NCBI GenBank assembly: GCA_963677495.2
Contig: CAXXOU010000001.1
Location: forward strand, 224,001-288,000
From: Candidatus Cloacimonadales bacterium
GTDB lineage: Bacteria > Cloacimonadota > Cloacimonadia > Cloacimonadales > JAFGVF01
Direction of reading: 5' to 3'
Length of the DNA stretch: 64,000 bases
The translations under genes and the position numbers were made by a program. This document shows, in pieces, positions 38,681 through 49,822 of this stretch; the stretch's first letter is position 1, and each line of letters starts with the position of its first letter. The notes beneath the pieces were generated by a model that made no database searches, had not been told where the DNA came from, and saw only the letters and a list, made by a program, of their open reading frames with translations.

Positions 38681-39350
38681 CTAACAAATCCTTTCTTCTT
38701 GCTGAAGTGATTTCAAGTGCTTTCTCGTTTCTCCACTCTTCAATCTTCTTGTGATTTCCGGAAAGCAATACATCAGGTACTTTTAAACCTTCAAACTCAA
38801 CCGGTCTTGTATAGTGAGGATAACCTAAAAGGCCATTCTCAAACGAATCACTATTAGCTGATTCAATATCTTTTAATACCCCCGGTTGTAATCTGGCACA
38901 TGCATCAATAAAGCACATAGCAGGTAACTCACCACCTGAGAGAACATAATCTCCTAAAGATATTTCATCTGTAACAAGCAGGTCACGTATTCTCTGATCA
39001 ATCTCTTTGTAATGACCACAAAGAATCATCACACTATCCTTTTGAGCATACTCTCTAACGATCTCTTGTGTTAAAGGTCTTCCCTGGGGAGTAAAATAAA
39101 TCAAATTACTGACCGGACGTTGCTGTTTAACAAACTCAACAGCTCGGTAAACCGGTTCAGGTTTTATCACCATACCCGCTTCTCCACCATAAGGATAATC
39201 ATCCACCTGTCTGCTTTTTACAAATGTAAAATCTCTAAAATCTGTTAGATATACTTCAAGTGCATCCTGTTTGATTGCTTTCGCAACTATACTAGCTTCG
39301 AGCAAAGAATGAAACATTGAAGGGAAAAGCGTTAATACTTCAAATCTCAT
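38673..39350 (-). CDS. trmD: tRNA (guanine37-N1)-methyltransferase
   Basis: TLFP, VDDYPYGG, SLGDYVLSGGE, YTRP, LLSGNH. Confidence 0.97.
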   Translation of the reverse strand: MRFEVLTLFPSMFHSLLEASIVAKAIKQDALEVYLTDFRDFTFVKSRQVDDYPYGGEAGMVIKPEPVYRAVEFVKQQRPVSNLIYFTPQGRPLTQEIVREYAQKDSVMILCGHYKEIDQRIRDLLVTDEISLGDYVLSGGELPAMCFIDACARLQPGVLKDIESANSDSFENGLLGYPHYTRPVEFEGLKVPDVLLSGNHKKIEEWRNEKALEITSARRKDLLDE

Positions 39351-39862
39351 AGTTCCAACAACTCTTCCACATTCTTAAGAAAGACTGTTCTTAGTTTGGA
39401 ATCCTTTCGCTCAACATATTGCTCAACATCAGGAATGATAACATCTCTTCCATCGTTAAGTACAACAATTAAGCGATCCTGAAAACCATCTTCCCATATC
39501 TCTTCCACTATTCCTATCTCTTCACCCTTAAAACTGACTTTGTACTCAGTTACCCGATGATATTCAGTATCACCCTCTGATTGATAATAAAACTCCTTCT
39601 CAATCATCACTCTGGGTTTCCTGAAATTCTCAAGCTCCTCGATAATACCATCTTCTACAAATCTTAAGTAAAACTTGTTCTGATGGAACTTAATCTTATC
39701 AAGGGTGACATAAAACACTCTATCACTGTTAAAGATCAAAAAAAACTTCTTGCTAGAAAACAAGGCAGGTCGGAATAATTCAGAAGGTCTGAAGGAGATA
39801 TAACCCGTGTTATTAAAAACTTTTCCCAACCTGCCAATCGGCAATAAATCTGAAAGCTGCAT
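39347..39862 (-). CDS. rimM: ribosome maturation factor RimM
   Basis: Position between the KH gene and trmD; IGRLGK N-terminus; PRC-barrel-like C-terminus (IG.V, IIP.V..YV). Confidence 0.85.
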   Translation of the reverse strand: MQLSDLLPIGRLGKVFNNTGYISFRPSELFRPALFSSKKFFLIFNSDRVFYVTLDKIKFHQNKFYLRFVEDGIIEELENFRKPRVMIEKEFYYQSEGDTEYHRVTEYKVSFKGEEIGIVEEIWEDGFQDRLIVVLNDGRDVIIPDVEQYVERKDSKLRTVFLKNVEELLEL

Positions 39863-40092
39863 TACTCGATTATCTCGAGTTCCGCCCTTTTTCCCTGCTT
39901 AGTACTAACAGCGTTTAATATTGTTCTGATAGAACTTGCAGTACGGCCTCGTTTTCCTATAATTTTACCAATATCACCCTTAGCTACACGGAGTTCAAAT
40001 AATATCTTTGTGTCTCCTGCAATCTCTGTGATACTTACTTCACTAGGATCATCTACCAGTGCCTTAACGACAAATTCAATGAGTTCCTTCAT
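39862..40092 (-). CDS. khpA: KH domain RNA-binding protein
   Basis: LVDDP, DIGKIIGKRGRTA..IR; located after rpsP. Confidence 0.93.
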   Translation of the reverse strand: MKELIEFVVKALVDDPSEVSITEIAGDTKILFELRVAKGDIGKIIGKRGRTASSIRTILNAVSTKQGKRAELEIIE

Positions 40093-40113
40093 TTTAGACT
40101 CCTTGCTCGCTTA

Positions 40114-40407
40114 TTAATTCTCTTCAGAATTAGTTTTAGCCTGTGATAACTTTTCGTTATGCCATAACTCAAGTACACCTGCTCTTTTAAGCAAAGATTT
40201 TACAGTTCCGGTAGGCTGTGCGCCGTCTCTGAGCCATTTCAGTGCCACTTCTTGGTCAATCTGAAATTTGAAAGGCTCTGGCTTTGGATCATACCAACCC
40301 AAAGACTCGATATACTTACCGTCTCTTTTTACGCGTGCATCAACTGCTACAACACGATAAAACGGGGCATTACGGGCGCCCATTCTTCTCAGTCTGAGCT
40401 TTACCAT
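40114..40407 (-). CDS. rpsP: 30S ribosomal protein S16
   Basis: [33 protein letters not shown] before ATG 40407. Confidence 0.98.
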   Translation of the reverse strand: MVKLRLRRMGARNAPFYRVVAVDARVKRDGKYIESLGWYDPKPEPFKFQIDQEVALKWLRDGAQPTGTVKSLLKRAGVLELWHNEKLSQAKTNSEEN

Positions 40408-40630
40408 CTCTTCTCCTTTCTTTATTCCACTTAGTTTTTTATATATAAATATATAGAATGACATAAAAACTGGAACCCTGCTACAGCGTCAAGACTTTTT
40501 TGTAAACTGTCCTTTCTCAAAGATTTGGGACTTAAACTTGTACTTTTCTCTATATATAAAGTATTATTTGTGTTACCCGACTGTGATGGTTTATCATCAC
40601 TTTGCTATTGATATAATCCATCTACTAAAA

Positions 40631-40752
40631 CACAGTCACCCCACTGTTTTCCCACTGTGCACGCACTGTAAACCCAGTGAAACAGTGGGTTGGCAGTGCC
40701 TTCACAGTGCGTGCACAGTGCAGACACAGTGCGTCGGTGAACAGTGCAGTGA
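40631..40752. repeat. 11-bp-phased palindromic CACTG/CAGTG array
   Basis: CAC(A/T)G at 40631/40642/40653/40664, then CAGTG at 40683/40694/40705/40716/40727. Confidence 0.85.
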
Positions 40753-41038
40753 AAGGGAGTAATATGGGCAATAAATATAGCTAAGTTGTTGCAAAATGCT
40801 CTGTGTATGGCAATAGAAGCAGTCACCATTACGACCAACGGGAGTTCGGGGAATTGCGACTTCGAAGTATAATTACAATTCCCCAAGCTCGTAAACTCGC
40901 ACAGGTGACCGGAATTATCGTAAGTTATTGCAAATCACACTGTGTATGTCTCCCTGAGAGGAATAAATGAACGATCTAATAAAAAGGAGCACCTTAAGAT
41001 AGCTTAAAGTACTCCTTGAGGAAATATAATGTTATATG

Positions 41039-43240
41039 CTATGGTTGATCACTAACCACAATCTTATAAAACATTCGATTTGCACTAGTCTGTCCGACAA
41101 TCTCACTCGTGTTTTGAGTAGTCATCAAGTATGTTTGCTCATTACAATCAAACTCTGGAGAATCAGATGCATAGATCTTATACCAGATACCATTGATCTC
41201 ATCATAGGTATTATTCTCGAAAGTACCAGTTGTTACTTCACTCCAGGCAAGCTGAAGATTGTTCCCTGACCGGTTCAAAGTAAACTGAGCAGGCAGATCA
41301 GGTGCAATATTATCAACTGAGTGACCAGATACAATATTTGATTGCCAGTAACCACTCATTCTGTGATGAATAACCTTGAAAGCTACATCATGTGTACCTG
41401 TTGAACTTGAATCTCTCAAAGTCGGTGCATTATAGATATACACATCGTTCATTAAAGCCGGAACAGCTGCTAAATAAGCCCAGTATTGACCATCAATCCT
41501 CCAGTAAACAGGCTCATTAGTTCTCTCTGCTTCACTAATAACCAGTTCAGGATTAGTATGAGATTGGAAATTGTTGTTTCTTGTCGATTCATCAAGACGC
41601 CAGACACTGTAAAAAGCATCAAACTCATATTGATTGTCTTCTAGACCACTACCCCACATTACTTGAACTAAGCGACCTTGATCGTAAGGGACATCATCGA
41701 CATGGATAATATTCGGTTTGGATTGGTTGTAGAAAGCATAACCAATATCAGCAATAGTCCCATCAAGATCATACATAGTTGGATCAGCAGCATCAATAAG
41801 AGGGGATTTTGTCGCATCCTCTATTGGGAAATTAGCCCAAGTTGGCAGATAATCTTCTCCGAAGAGGGGATCAGCATCAATACAGTTGTCTATGCTAATA
41901 ACTCCACCTTCACCTGCTCCCGGTAAATTTCCCAAGCCTTCAATAACGCTATTCAAAAGAGATGCGTCTAAGTGAGAATTAGAATAAAGCTCATAGAAAG
42001 CATCCTCACTGTTATATACAACGCTATTACTAAAAGTGAAACCTAACGGTGTGCTTGAAAATCCATATAATAAAAAATCTCTGCCATGATCATCACTATT
42101 ATTAGCAATAGTGACATAATCCATATCTAAATTGCAGTTACCATACATGTATGCAACTGCTGCATTCCAGGCATCATTACCCCAAAAAAGAGTATGGCTA
42201 ATATCAAGATCTGTATTATAAGCATAAATTGCTCCACCAGAGGTATAAGATGTATTATTTGTGAAGATACAGTCTTGTATTATTGCTCCTGAAACATAGA
42301 AGTATAAAGCTCCACCATTGTTACTGGCATAATTGTCATCAAAAACACAGTTCGTAAAGGTTACATCATTTGCTTCATAGGCATAAACAGCACCACCCAT
42401 CTCATTTGAGCCCATGTACATGCTTCCTGCTGAAAGATCATCGAAAAAACAATGATTAAAGACAACAGGATTATCATCTGTTCTTAATTCAATTCTACCT
42501 GTAGATCCGTAGTCTGGTGATCTACCAAATATAATTTGATTTTCTTCAGTTCCATTACAAATTAATGAGCCATTCACAATAAACTTTGCAGGCAGATCAA
42601 ACAGAACTGAGGCACCCTCTTCAATCGTGAGTGTTTCTCCATCAGGTACAACATGATCAATGTCTTCAATAATATGAGTTGAATTCGCACCCCAAGTTCC
42701 ATAGACTTCTTTATTATCTGCAGTAAGAACTACATCATCAAAATAGAGTCCATTTATATAGTTAGTATTACCATTAAAGAATAGTGCGATTCTTGTTGTC
42801 TCATACTGTAGATCACTATCTTGGATTACAAGGGAGTGATTTGAAGCCGCAATATCAGTAGAGGAAATCATCGTCCAAAGTGGACTCCAATTGACTCCAT
42901 CAGTTGATACAGCTATACCGAAGTTTACTTGAGCTTCAAAGTACATATCTAAAGAGAACTTGAAGCTAATTTCGAAATCAGCATAATGCGACAAATCCAT
43001 TTCAGGACTCATGAAGTACTGTGCTCCTTCAACTGCCGGTTGCCAATGTAGTTTTAGTTCGGGTGCTGTACCACCAGCATTATCTGTATTACTAAACTCC
43101 CAATTATGGTCTGAAATCGGACAATAACCGGACCAATCATTAGGCAATGCTGCCCCAGAGAAATCCTCATCAATTAATACTAGAGCTGATAAAACTACAA
43201 TTGAAAACAGACATAATAAAAGCATTAAAGCTTTTTTCAT
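41039..43240 (-). CDS. secreted protein with right-handed beta-helix (GGA-repeat, pectin-lyase-like) domain
   Basis: Signal peptide; V..G.TLTI..G; repeated GGA(V/L/I)Y with F..N; DADPLF, SPLIDAADP, DIG motifs. Confidence 0.8.
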   Translation of the reverse strand: MKKALMLLLCLFSIVVLSALVLIDEDFSGAALPNDWSGYCPISDHNWEFSNTDNAGGTAPELKLHWQPAVEGAQYFMSPEMDLSHYADFEISFKFSLDMYFEAQVNFGIAVSTDGVNWSPLWTMISSTDIAASNHSLVIQDSDLQYETTRIALFFNGNTNYINGLYFDDVVLTADNKEVYGTWGANSTHIIEDIDHVVPDGETLTIEEGASVLFDLPAKFIVNGSLICNGTEENQIIFGRSPDYGSTGRIELRTDDNPVVFNHCFFDDLSAGSMYMGSNEMGGAVYAYEANDVTFTNCVFDDNYASNNGGALYFYVSGAIIQDCIFTNNTSYTSGGAIYAYNTDLDISHTLFWGNDAWNAAVAYMYGNCNLDMDYVTIANNSDDHGRDFLLYGFSSTPLGFTFSNSVVYNSEDAFYELYSNSHLDASLLNSVIEGLGNLPGAGEGGVISIDNCIDADPLFGEDYLPTWANFPIEDATKSPLIDAADPTMYDLDGTIADIGYAFYNQSKPNIIHVDDVPYDQGRLVQVMWGSGLEDNQYEFDAFYSVWRLDESTRNNNFQSHTNPELVISEAERTNEPVYWRIDGQYWAYLAAVPALMNDVYIYNAPTLRDSSSTGTHDVAFKVIHHRMSGYWQSNIVSGHSVDNIAPDLPAQFTLNRSGNNLQLAWSEVTTGTFENNTYDEINGIWYKIYASDSPEFDCNEQTYLMTTQNTSEIVGQTSANRMFYKIVVSDQP

Positions 43241-43384
43241 TTCTTCCTCCTATATATAATACCTCTCCAATACATCGAACCAATGGAACAATACTTAGCC
43301 CTATCTAATTATATGTCAATGAATATTATCAGCAACAAATTGTTAAGACAAAGAAACATGCTTATCTGATTCCAGTGTCATTCC

Positions 43385-43471
43385 TTACCACGGGTTGACC
43401 ACGCCCAAACCACGGGTTAACCACGGCTCTCGTGGTTTGGGCGTGGTTTACCCGTGGTTGTAGCGTGGTAA
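43385..43471. repeat. 11-bp-phased palindromic CCACG/CGTGG array
   Basis: CCACG at 43388/43399/43410/43421 and CGTGG at 43431/43442/43453/43464. Confidence 0.88.
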
Positions 43472-43543
43472 AATACTTCGGATTTGACTCACAACGATTG
43501 TGTGGGGCAAGGATGAAAACTAGGGAATTGCGATTTTGGTTTT

Positions 43544-43592
43544 CAATTAAAGAAGTCCGTTCTTCTTTCAGTCGGACAAACTCCTTTAATTG
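43544..43592 (-). repeat. family C hairpin
   Basis: CAATTAAAGAAGTCCGTT...GACAAACTCCTTTAATTG, same inner stem as 60410 and 62646. Confidence 0.7.
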
Positions 43593-43655
43593 TTAAATGT
43601 TTTTGAAGCAGGACAAGACGTACCTACGCAGTTGGTGCACTCCATAAAAGGTAGA

Positions 43656-44399
43656 TTACTTATACTTTTTCAAATCGATCAAAGAAGATTTTATAACCGG
43701 ATCTTTAAATGCAATACTGTGTTGCTTCCAATCCGGCATAAATAACTCGATATATTGATAAAACTCTTTACTGTGGTTATGATGTTTGAAATGTGCGAGT
43801 TCGTGGATAATTATATATTCTATGCTCTTTAGAGGATAATGTAGGAGATATAGGGATAAAGTAATCTTATTTTTGAAAGGATAGCATGTCCCCCACTTTG
43901 ATTTATAGTCCTTAACTTGAACATATAAACCTTCAGGAACTAAATCAGGTATTCTCCTCTTAACATCTTTGTAAACATCAAAGATGTAGTGCTGATGTTC
44001 TTTAACAATATATTTCCATAAAACAATGTCACGATAAGCATCTAACATGGGATGATTTAAGTTGTTTACAGTAACTATAACTTTATTGTCTATGAGCTGT
44101 GCTTTATCAACATCCCCTTCTCTGATTTCGATTTCGTATCTCTTTCCTATTATCCAAATATATTTACCATGCTGTTTAGCAAGCCTTTTATCCCTATCAA
44201 TTCGACCTTCAATACCATCAAGCATCTTGCGGATTTTTGCATCATTTTGCTTAAGCACTTGTTGCACAAATTCGAGTGTCGATTTGTGGGGAATGCTTAT
44301 TCGAATCTCCCCTGACTTTTGGATTCTTAGATTGAGATTCTTAACCTTCTTACGAGTGATAGTAATAGGATAATCTTTATTATTATGTGTGAACTTCAT
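43656..44399 (-). CDS. M48 family / YgjP (DUF45) zincin metallohydrolase
   Basis: RKKVKNLNLRI, KSKWGTC, IEYIIIHELAH..HHNHSKEFY, MPDW. Confidence 0.92.
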   Translation of the reverse strand: MKFTHNNKDYPITITRKKVKNLNLRIQKSGEIRISIPHKSTLEFVQQVLKQNDAKIRKMLDGIEGRIDRDKRLAKQHGKYIWIIGKRYEIEIREGDVDKAQLIDNKVIVTVNNLNHPMLDAYRDIVLWKYIVKEHQHYIFDVYKDVKRRIPDLVPEGLYVQVKDYKSKWGTCYPFKNKITLSLYLLHYPLKSIEYIIIHELAHFKHHNHSKEFYQYIELFMPDWKQHSIAFKDPVIKSSLIDLKKYK

Positions 44400-44403
44400 A
44401 GTT

Positions 44404-44435
44404 AAAAAAATAAGCCGAACAACTGTCCGGCTTAT
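44404..44435 (-). terminator. rho-independent terminator after rpsG
   Basis: Minus strand ATAAGCCGGAC...GTTCGGCTTAT followed by a T tract. Confidence 0.8.
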
Positions 44436-44452
44436 GTGAATATATTAGTGAT

Positions 44453-44923
44453 TTACCATCTAAGATGAGCAAATGCTTTGTTAGCATCAGCCATTTTATG
44501 AGTATCTTCACGTTTTTTGATAGTATTACCTTCTTTCTTGTAGCATGAGATAAGCTCAGCTGCAAGTTTTTGGTCCATTGACTTTTCAGAGCGGTTACGA
44601 GAGTAGCTGATAATCCAACGGAAAGCAATCGCTCTACCGTCTTTTTCAGAAACTTCCATAGGGATCTGATAGTTAGAACCACCAACACGACGAGAAACAA
44701 CTTTAACAAGAGGTCTAGCATTAGCAAGAGCTTGTTTGAACACTTCTAATGGATCTTCGCCTGTTTTTTCTCTAATAATATCTAAAGCACCATAAACGAT
44801 AGCTTCAGCTGTAGATTTTTTACCACTATACATAATACCGTTGATAAATTTAGAAAGAATTACATCATGATACTTAGGATCAGGGAGAATCTCTCTTTCC
44901 ATCGCTTTACGTCTTCTTGACAT
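44453..44923 (-). CDS. rpsG: 30S ribosomal protein S7
   Basis: PDPKY, GKKS.AE, SRRVGG.NYQ.P, HKMADANKAFAH. Confidence 0.98.
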   Translation of the reverse strand: MSRRRKAMEREILPDPKYHDVILSKFINGIMYSGKKSTAEAIVYGALDIIREKTGEDPLEVFKQALANARPLVKVVSRRVGGSNYQIPMEVSEKDGRAIAFRWIISYSRNRSEKSMDQKLAAELISCYKKEGNTIKKREDTHKMADANKAFAHLRW

Positions 44924-44937
44924 CTAAATCTCCTTCC

Positions 44938-45312
44938 TTATTTCTTTGGACGCTTCGCACCATATTTGGAGCGAGAGTTCATTCTCTTGTCAACACCGGC
45001 ACAGTCAAGGGCGCCCCTAACAATGTGGTATCTAACACCCGGAAGGTCTTTTACACGACCACCACGAACGAGAACCATTGAATGCTCTTGTAAGTTATGG
45101 CCTTCACCAGGGATGTAAGCGGTTACTTCTATTCCATTCGACAAGCGAACACGGGCAACTTTTCTTAAAGCTGAGTTAGGTTTTTTAGGCGTAGTTGTAT
45201 AAACCCTAGTACATACACCACGTCTTTGAGGGCACTGCATAAGAGCTCTATTTTTCTTTTTCTTTATAACTCTTTTTCTGCCTTTTCTGACTAACTGATT
45301 AATTGTAGGCAC
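44938..45312 (-). CDS. rpsL: 30S ribosomal protein S12
   Basis: [31 protein letters not shown]. Confidence 0.99.
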   Translation of the reverse strand: MPTINQLVRKGRKRVIKKKKNRALMQCPQRRGVCTRVYTTTPKKPNSALRKVARVRLSNGIEVTAYIPGEGHNLQEHSMVLVRGGRVKDLPGVRYHIVRGALDCAGVDKRMNSRSKYGAKRPKK

Positions 45313-45322
45313 ATTTACTCCT

Positions 45323-48300
45323 TTATATAGTATCTAATAAATCATCGAGGGATTCCTCGTCCTCGACTTTGGTAAGTTCTTCTACCATTTGGCGAAGATT
45401 CATACCTTCTTCTACACCGGCTTTAATCTTACCGGTATAGTGCTTAGAACCGGTTCCCACAGGTATTCTATGACCAAGAATAATACTTTCTTTGAGTCCT
45501 TCAAGCTTATCCATTCTGCCTTCAATCGCAGCTTGGGAAAGCACCTTCGTTGTTTCTTGGAACGAAGCAGCAGATAGCCAACTATCTGTCAACAAAGAAG
45601 TTTTGGTTATACCTAAGAGGAGTGGTTCGAACGTGGCACCTTCGCCACCTCTTGTTTCAACTTCAGCATTTTCTTTCATTACAGCAGTCTTCTCTACAAC
45701 CTCACCTTCGAGGAAAAGAGTTTTGTTTGGATTAATGATTTTAACTTTCTTGAACATCTGGCGAATAATAACACCGATATGTTTATCATCAATCTTCACA
45801 CCCTGTTTTCTGTAGATTTCCTGAATCTCATTAAGGATAAGCGTTTGAGCAGCTTTAATACCCTTAACTCTAAGAACATCATGTGGATCAAGTGGTCCAT
45901 CAGAAAGAGCATCTCCACTCTCAACAATGTCACCTTGGTGAACAACGATACGTTTACCTGAAGGGATAACATACTTACGTCCAACAAGTGGCTGACCATC
46001 TTTAACTACATCATCATTACTATAGATTGATTCCTGGAAAGGCGGGATGTCAAACACATGACCTGATAAAGGTAATTTAGTGCTAACACTCTCACCATCT
46101 GTAACGATTATTTGCTGATCTACAGGAATATGATACTTATATTCCCTACCGGATTTAACAACTATATAGACATCCTGACCTTCTTCAGTCTTGTCACCGA
46201 AACGGATTTTACCATTTCTTTTTGAGATAATTGCATCATCCGGAACAACGAAAATCTTACGATTTCCATCTTCATCTACATTTCCGAGAATAACTTTACC
46301 ATCGATTGGCGAGAAAACACTACTGTTTGGAGTCACGAAAATATCACGACCTGTTTTCTTCAATCCACCAATTGTAATCTTACCATTAATCTCAGAAATA
46401 ACTGCTTTCTCTTTTGGCACACGTGCTTCAAAGAGATCCTGTACACGTGGTAGACCACCGGTAATATCGCGCTGTTTAACAGTAACACGAGATGTTTCAC
46501 CAAGCTTATGACCCTGGTAAATATAAGTACCATCTTCCACTTTAACGTTCAATCCGGTTGGAAGCGGAACAAGTGCTTCTGTACCATCTTCATCAACGAT
46601 TCTGAACTGTGGCTGAATCTTTCTATCTTTAGATTCAATGATAGTAATCTCTCTAAGTCCTGTTAGCTCATTAAACTCCTCTTTATATGTGAAGTCTTTA
46701 ACGAAGTTATCGTAATGGAGGATACCCTTAGCTGTACTAATAAGAGGATTATTATATGGATCCCAACTAAAGAGTTTAGTATCCTTTGCAATCTTCTGAT
46801 TGTCCTCTACATAAACTGTAGAAGCATATTCAACTTTATACTCTTCAAGAACATTTTCCGGATCATTTTCATCGATAAGCTGTATCTTACCAAGATGACT
46901 CACAGATATATGTTCACCTTCTTTGGTAGTTACTACGTTCATTCTATCAAACTTAGTAATACCATCGAAACCGGAACTAACTTCAGCTGTATCAATTTGA
47001 GTACTTGAAGCACCACCGATATGGAAGGTTCTAAGAGTAAGCTGAGTACCGGGTTCACCAATACTTTGAGCAGCGATAACACCAACCGGTTCACCGATTG
47101 TAACAGATTTTTGGGTTGCAAGGTTTCTGCCATAGCACTTAGCACAAACGCCTTTTTCACATTCGCAGGTTAATACAGATCGTACTTTCACAGAGATGAT
47201 ACCATGCTTTTCGATAATATGAGCCATATCATGGTCAATTTCTTGACCTGCAATAGCAATAATCTCATCAGTAACAGGATCATAAATGTCTTCAGCCGCG
47301 GTACGACCTTCGATCTTTTCAGCTAATGATTGGACAACTTCCTGCCCCTCTTTCAAAGCTACAATTTCAATACCATCGATTGTTCCACAATCTTCACTTG
47401 TGATAATTGAGTTCTGAGCAACGTCAACAAGACGTCTTGTCAGATAACCTGCATCGGCAGTTTTAAGAGCTGTATCCGCCAGACCTTTTCTAGCTCCGTG
47501 AGTGGAGATGAAATACTCAAGAACAGAGAGACCTTCTTTAAAGTTAGATTTAATTGGAGTTTCAATAACACCAATATCATCACTAGTACTTTTAGTAGGT
47601 TTATCCATCAGACCACGCATAGCACCAAGCTGCTTAATCTGGTCACGGCTTCCTCTTGCACCGGACTTATACATCATATAGATTGAGTTAAGTCCGTTTC
47701 TATCTTTTTCCAGGTCAGTCATAAGTTTTTCGGTAACTTCTTCAGTAGCTGATTTCCATTTATCAACTACACGCTGCATTCTCTCTTTCTCTGTAATAAT
47801 ACCTGAAAGATAGAGTTCCTGAATGCTCTTAACTTCAGCTTCTTTCTCAGAAAGAATCTCTCTCTTTGAATCTGGAACAACAATGTCTCCAAAACTGAAA
47901 GTCACACCGGCTCTTGTAGCATACTTGAAACCGGTTTCTTTTAAGCGATCTAGGAATTCGGCTGTTTCATACTGTCCAACAGAATGGAAACAAACCATAG
48001 CAAGCTCGTTAAGTCTACCTTTATTCAATACTTCATTCATGAATGGAACTTCATCAGGAAGGATAGTATTGAAGATAACTTTACCAACCGTAGTAATTAT
48101 ATATTTACCTTCTACTTTATATCTAATCCAAGTATGAAGATCAATGGTTCTTTCCATTGAAGCTTCACCTTTAACACTGCAAAACATCTCATCGTTATCA
48201 TACGCTGTTAAAACTTCATCAGCATCCTGGAATACAGGAAGTTTTGCATCTTCAGCTGGTTTTTCTCCTTCTTCTAATGTGAGGTAGTAAGAACCAAGAA

Positions 48301-49810
48301 CGATATCCTGGTTTGCCGCCATCGCAAGTTTACCATTTGATGGTAAGAGAAGGTTACGAGCAGATAACATGAGAACACGTGCTTCCATTCTAGCTTCCTC
48401 AGAAAGAGGAACATAGACAGCCATCTGGTCACCATCGAAGTCAGCATTATAAGGAATACAAACCATAGGGTGAAGCTGGATAGCTTTGTTCTCGGTAAGA
48501 ACAGGCATGAAGGCCTGGATACCAAGTCTATGAAGAGTAGGTGCACGGTTAAGAAGAACAGGATAATCCTGAACAACTTCTTCAAGAATCTTCCATATCT
48601 CAGGCTGATTCTTTTCAATCATCTTCTTAGCTGTTTTAGCTTTCTCAGCAGCACCAATCTTCTCAAGTCTTTCAATGATGAAAGGTTTGAACAGCTCTTT
48701 TGCCATCTCTTTTGGTAAACCACACTGGTAGATCTTAAGTTCTGGTCCAACAGTAATAACTGAACGACCGGAATAGTCCACACGTTTACCAAGAAGGTTT
48801 TGACGGAAACGTCCCTGCTTACCTTTAAGCTGGTCAGTGAGAGACTTAAGAGCTCTTGAACCTCTACCTTTAACAGGACGAGATTTCTTTGAGTTGTCTA
48901 TAAGTGCATCAACTGCTTCCTGAAGCATACGCTTTTCATTTCTAAGAATAACTTCTGGTGCTCTTATTTCTAAGAGCTGCTTAAGACGATTGTTTCTCGT
49001 AATAACACGTCTATATAGATCGTTAAAGTCAGCAGTAGCGAAACGACCACCATCTAGTGGAACTAATGGTCTAAGAGTTGGAGGCATGATAGGAAGAACT
49101 TCCAATACCATCCACTCAGGGTTGTTTCCTGAATTTCTGAAAGCTTCAACAATCTTAAGTTTTTTAATAAGTTTTTGTTTCTTAAGTGGTGATGTTTCCA
49201 TCAGGATAAGAGTTTTTAGGTTTTGGGACTCTTTCTCAAGATCAATTTCAGAAAGCATATGTCTAATAGCTTCACCACCGATCATAGCAACGAAAGTTTC
49301 TCCTAACTGATCTCTTTTTTCATAGTATTCATCTGTATCAACCAACTCATACTTTTCATAAGGAGAATCACCAGGTTCAATAACAACATATGATTCATAG
49401 TAAAGGATTCTTTCGAGTGTCTTTGTAGTGAGATCAAGTAATGTACCAATCTTACTAGGCGCACTGGAAACGAACCATATATGTGCTACAGGAACTGCTA
49501 ATTCAATATGACCCATTCTTGTTCTACGAACACGTGATGAAGTTACTTCTACACCACAACGGTCACATACTGTACCAGCAAATCTTTTTTTCTTATATTT
49601 ACCACATGAGCATTCAAAGTCTCTTTCAGGTCCGAAAATCCTTTCGCAGAAGAGACCATCTTTCTCTGGTTTTAATGTTCTATAATTAAGTGTGTCGGAT
49701 TTTGAGACTTCACCATATGACCATGAACGAATTGATTCCGGAGAAGCAATTTTAATTCTTACTGCATCGTAATTCTCAATCTTCTTTTCTCTTTTTATTT
49801 CTCTAATCAC
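45323..49810 (-). CDS. rpoC: DNA-directed RNA polymerase subunit beta'
   Basis: [50 protein letters not shown]. Confidence 0.99.
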   Translation of the reverse strand: MIREIKREKKIENYDAVRIKIASPESIRSWSYGEVSKSDTLNYRTLKPEKDGLFCERIFGPERDFECSCGKYKKKRFAGTVCDRCGVEVTSSRVRRTRMGHIELAVPVAHIWFVSSAPSKIGTLLDLTTKTLERILYYESYVVIEPGDSPYEKYELVDTDEYYEKRDQLGETFVAMIGGEAIRHMLSEIDLEKESQNLKTLILMETSPLKKQKLIKKLKIVEAFRNSGNNPEWMVLEVLPIMPPTLRPLVPLDGGRFATADFNDLYRRVITRNNRLKQLLEIRAPEVILRNEKRMLQEAVDALIDNSKKSRPVKGRGSRALKSLTDQLKGKQGRFRQNLLGKRVDYSGRSVITVGPELKIYQCGLPKEMAKELFKPFIIERLEKIGAAEKAKTAKKMIEKNQPEIWKILEEVVQDYPVLLNRAPTLHRLGIQAFMPVLTENKAIQLHPMVCIPYNADFDGDQMAVYVPLSEEARMEARVLMLSARNLLLPSNGKLAMAANQDIVLGSYYLTLEEGEKPAEDAKLPVFQDADEVLTAYDNDEMFCSVKGEASMERTIDLHTWIRYKVEGKYIITTVGKVIFNTILPDEVPFMNEVLNKGRLNELAMVCFHSVGQYETAEFLDRLKETGFKYATRAGVTFSFGDIVVPDSKREILSEKEAEVKSIQELYLSGIITEKERMQRVVDKWKSATEEVTEKLMTDLEKDRNGLNSIYMMYKSGARGSRDQIKQLGAMRGLMDKPTKSTSDDIGVIETPIKSNFKEGLSVLEYFISTHGARKGLADTALKTADAGYLTRRLVDVAQNSIITSEDCGTIDGIEIVALKEGQEVVQSLAEKIEGRTAAEDIYDPVTDEIIAIAGQEIDHDMAHIIEKHGIISVKVRSVLTCECEKGVCAKCYGRNLATQKSVTIGEPVGVIAAQSIGEPGTQLTLRTFHIGGASSTQIDTAEVSSGFDGITKFDRMNVVTTKEGEHISVSHLGKIQLIDENDPENVLEEYKVEYASTVYVEDNQKIAKDTKLFSWDPYNNPLISTAKGILHYDNFVKDFTYKEEFNELTGLREITIIESKDRKIQPQFRIVDEDGTEALVPLPTGLNVKVEDGTYIYQGHKLGETSRVTVKQRDITGGLPRVQDLFEARVPKEKAVISEINGKITIGGLKKTGRDIFVTPNSSVFSPIDGKVILGNVDEDGNRKIFVVPDDAIISKRNGKIRFGDKTEEGQDVYIVVKSGREYKYHIPVDQQIIVTDGESVSTKLPLSGHVFDIPPFQESIYSNDDVVKDGQPLVGRKYVIPSGKRIVVHQGDIVESGDALSDGPLDPHDVLRVKGIKAAQTLILNEIQEIYRKQGVKIDDKHIGVIIRQMFKKVKIINPNKTLFLEGEVVEKTAVMKENAEVETRGGEGATFEPLLLGITKTSLLTDSWLSAASFQETTKVLSQAAIEGRMDKLEGLKESIILGHRIPVGTGSKHYTGKIKAGVEEGMNLRQMVEELTKVEDEESLDDLLDTI

Positions 49811-49822
49811 TATTGCCTCCGA

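Noticed and set aside
40538..40886. ORFs 40538-40762 (+) and 40605-40886 (-)
   Set aside because: They translate the 11-bp mirror array, have no RBS, and have an implausible composition
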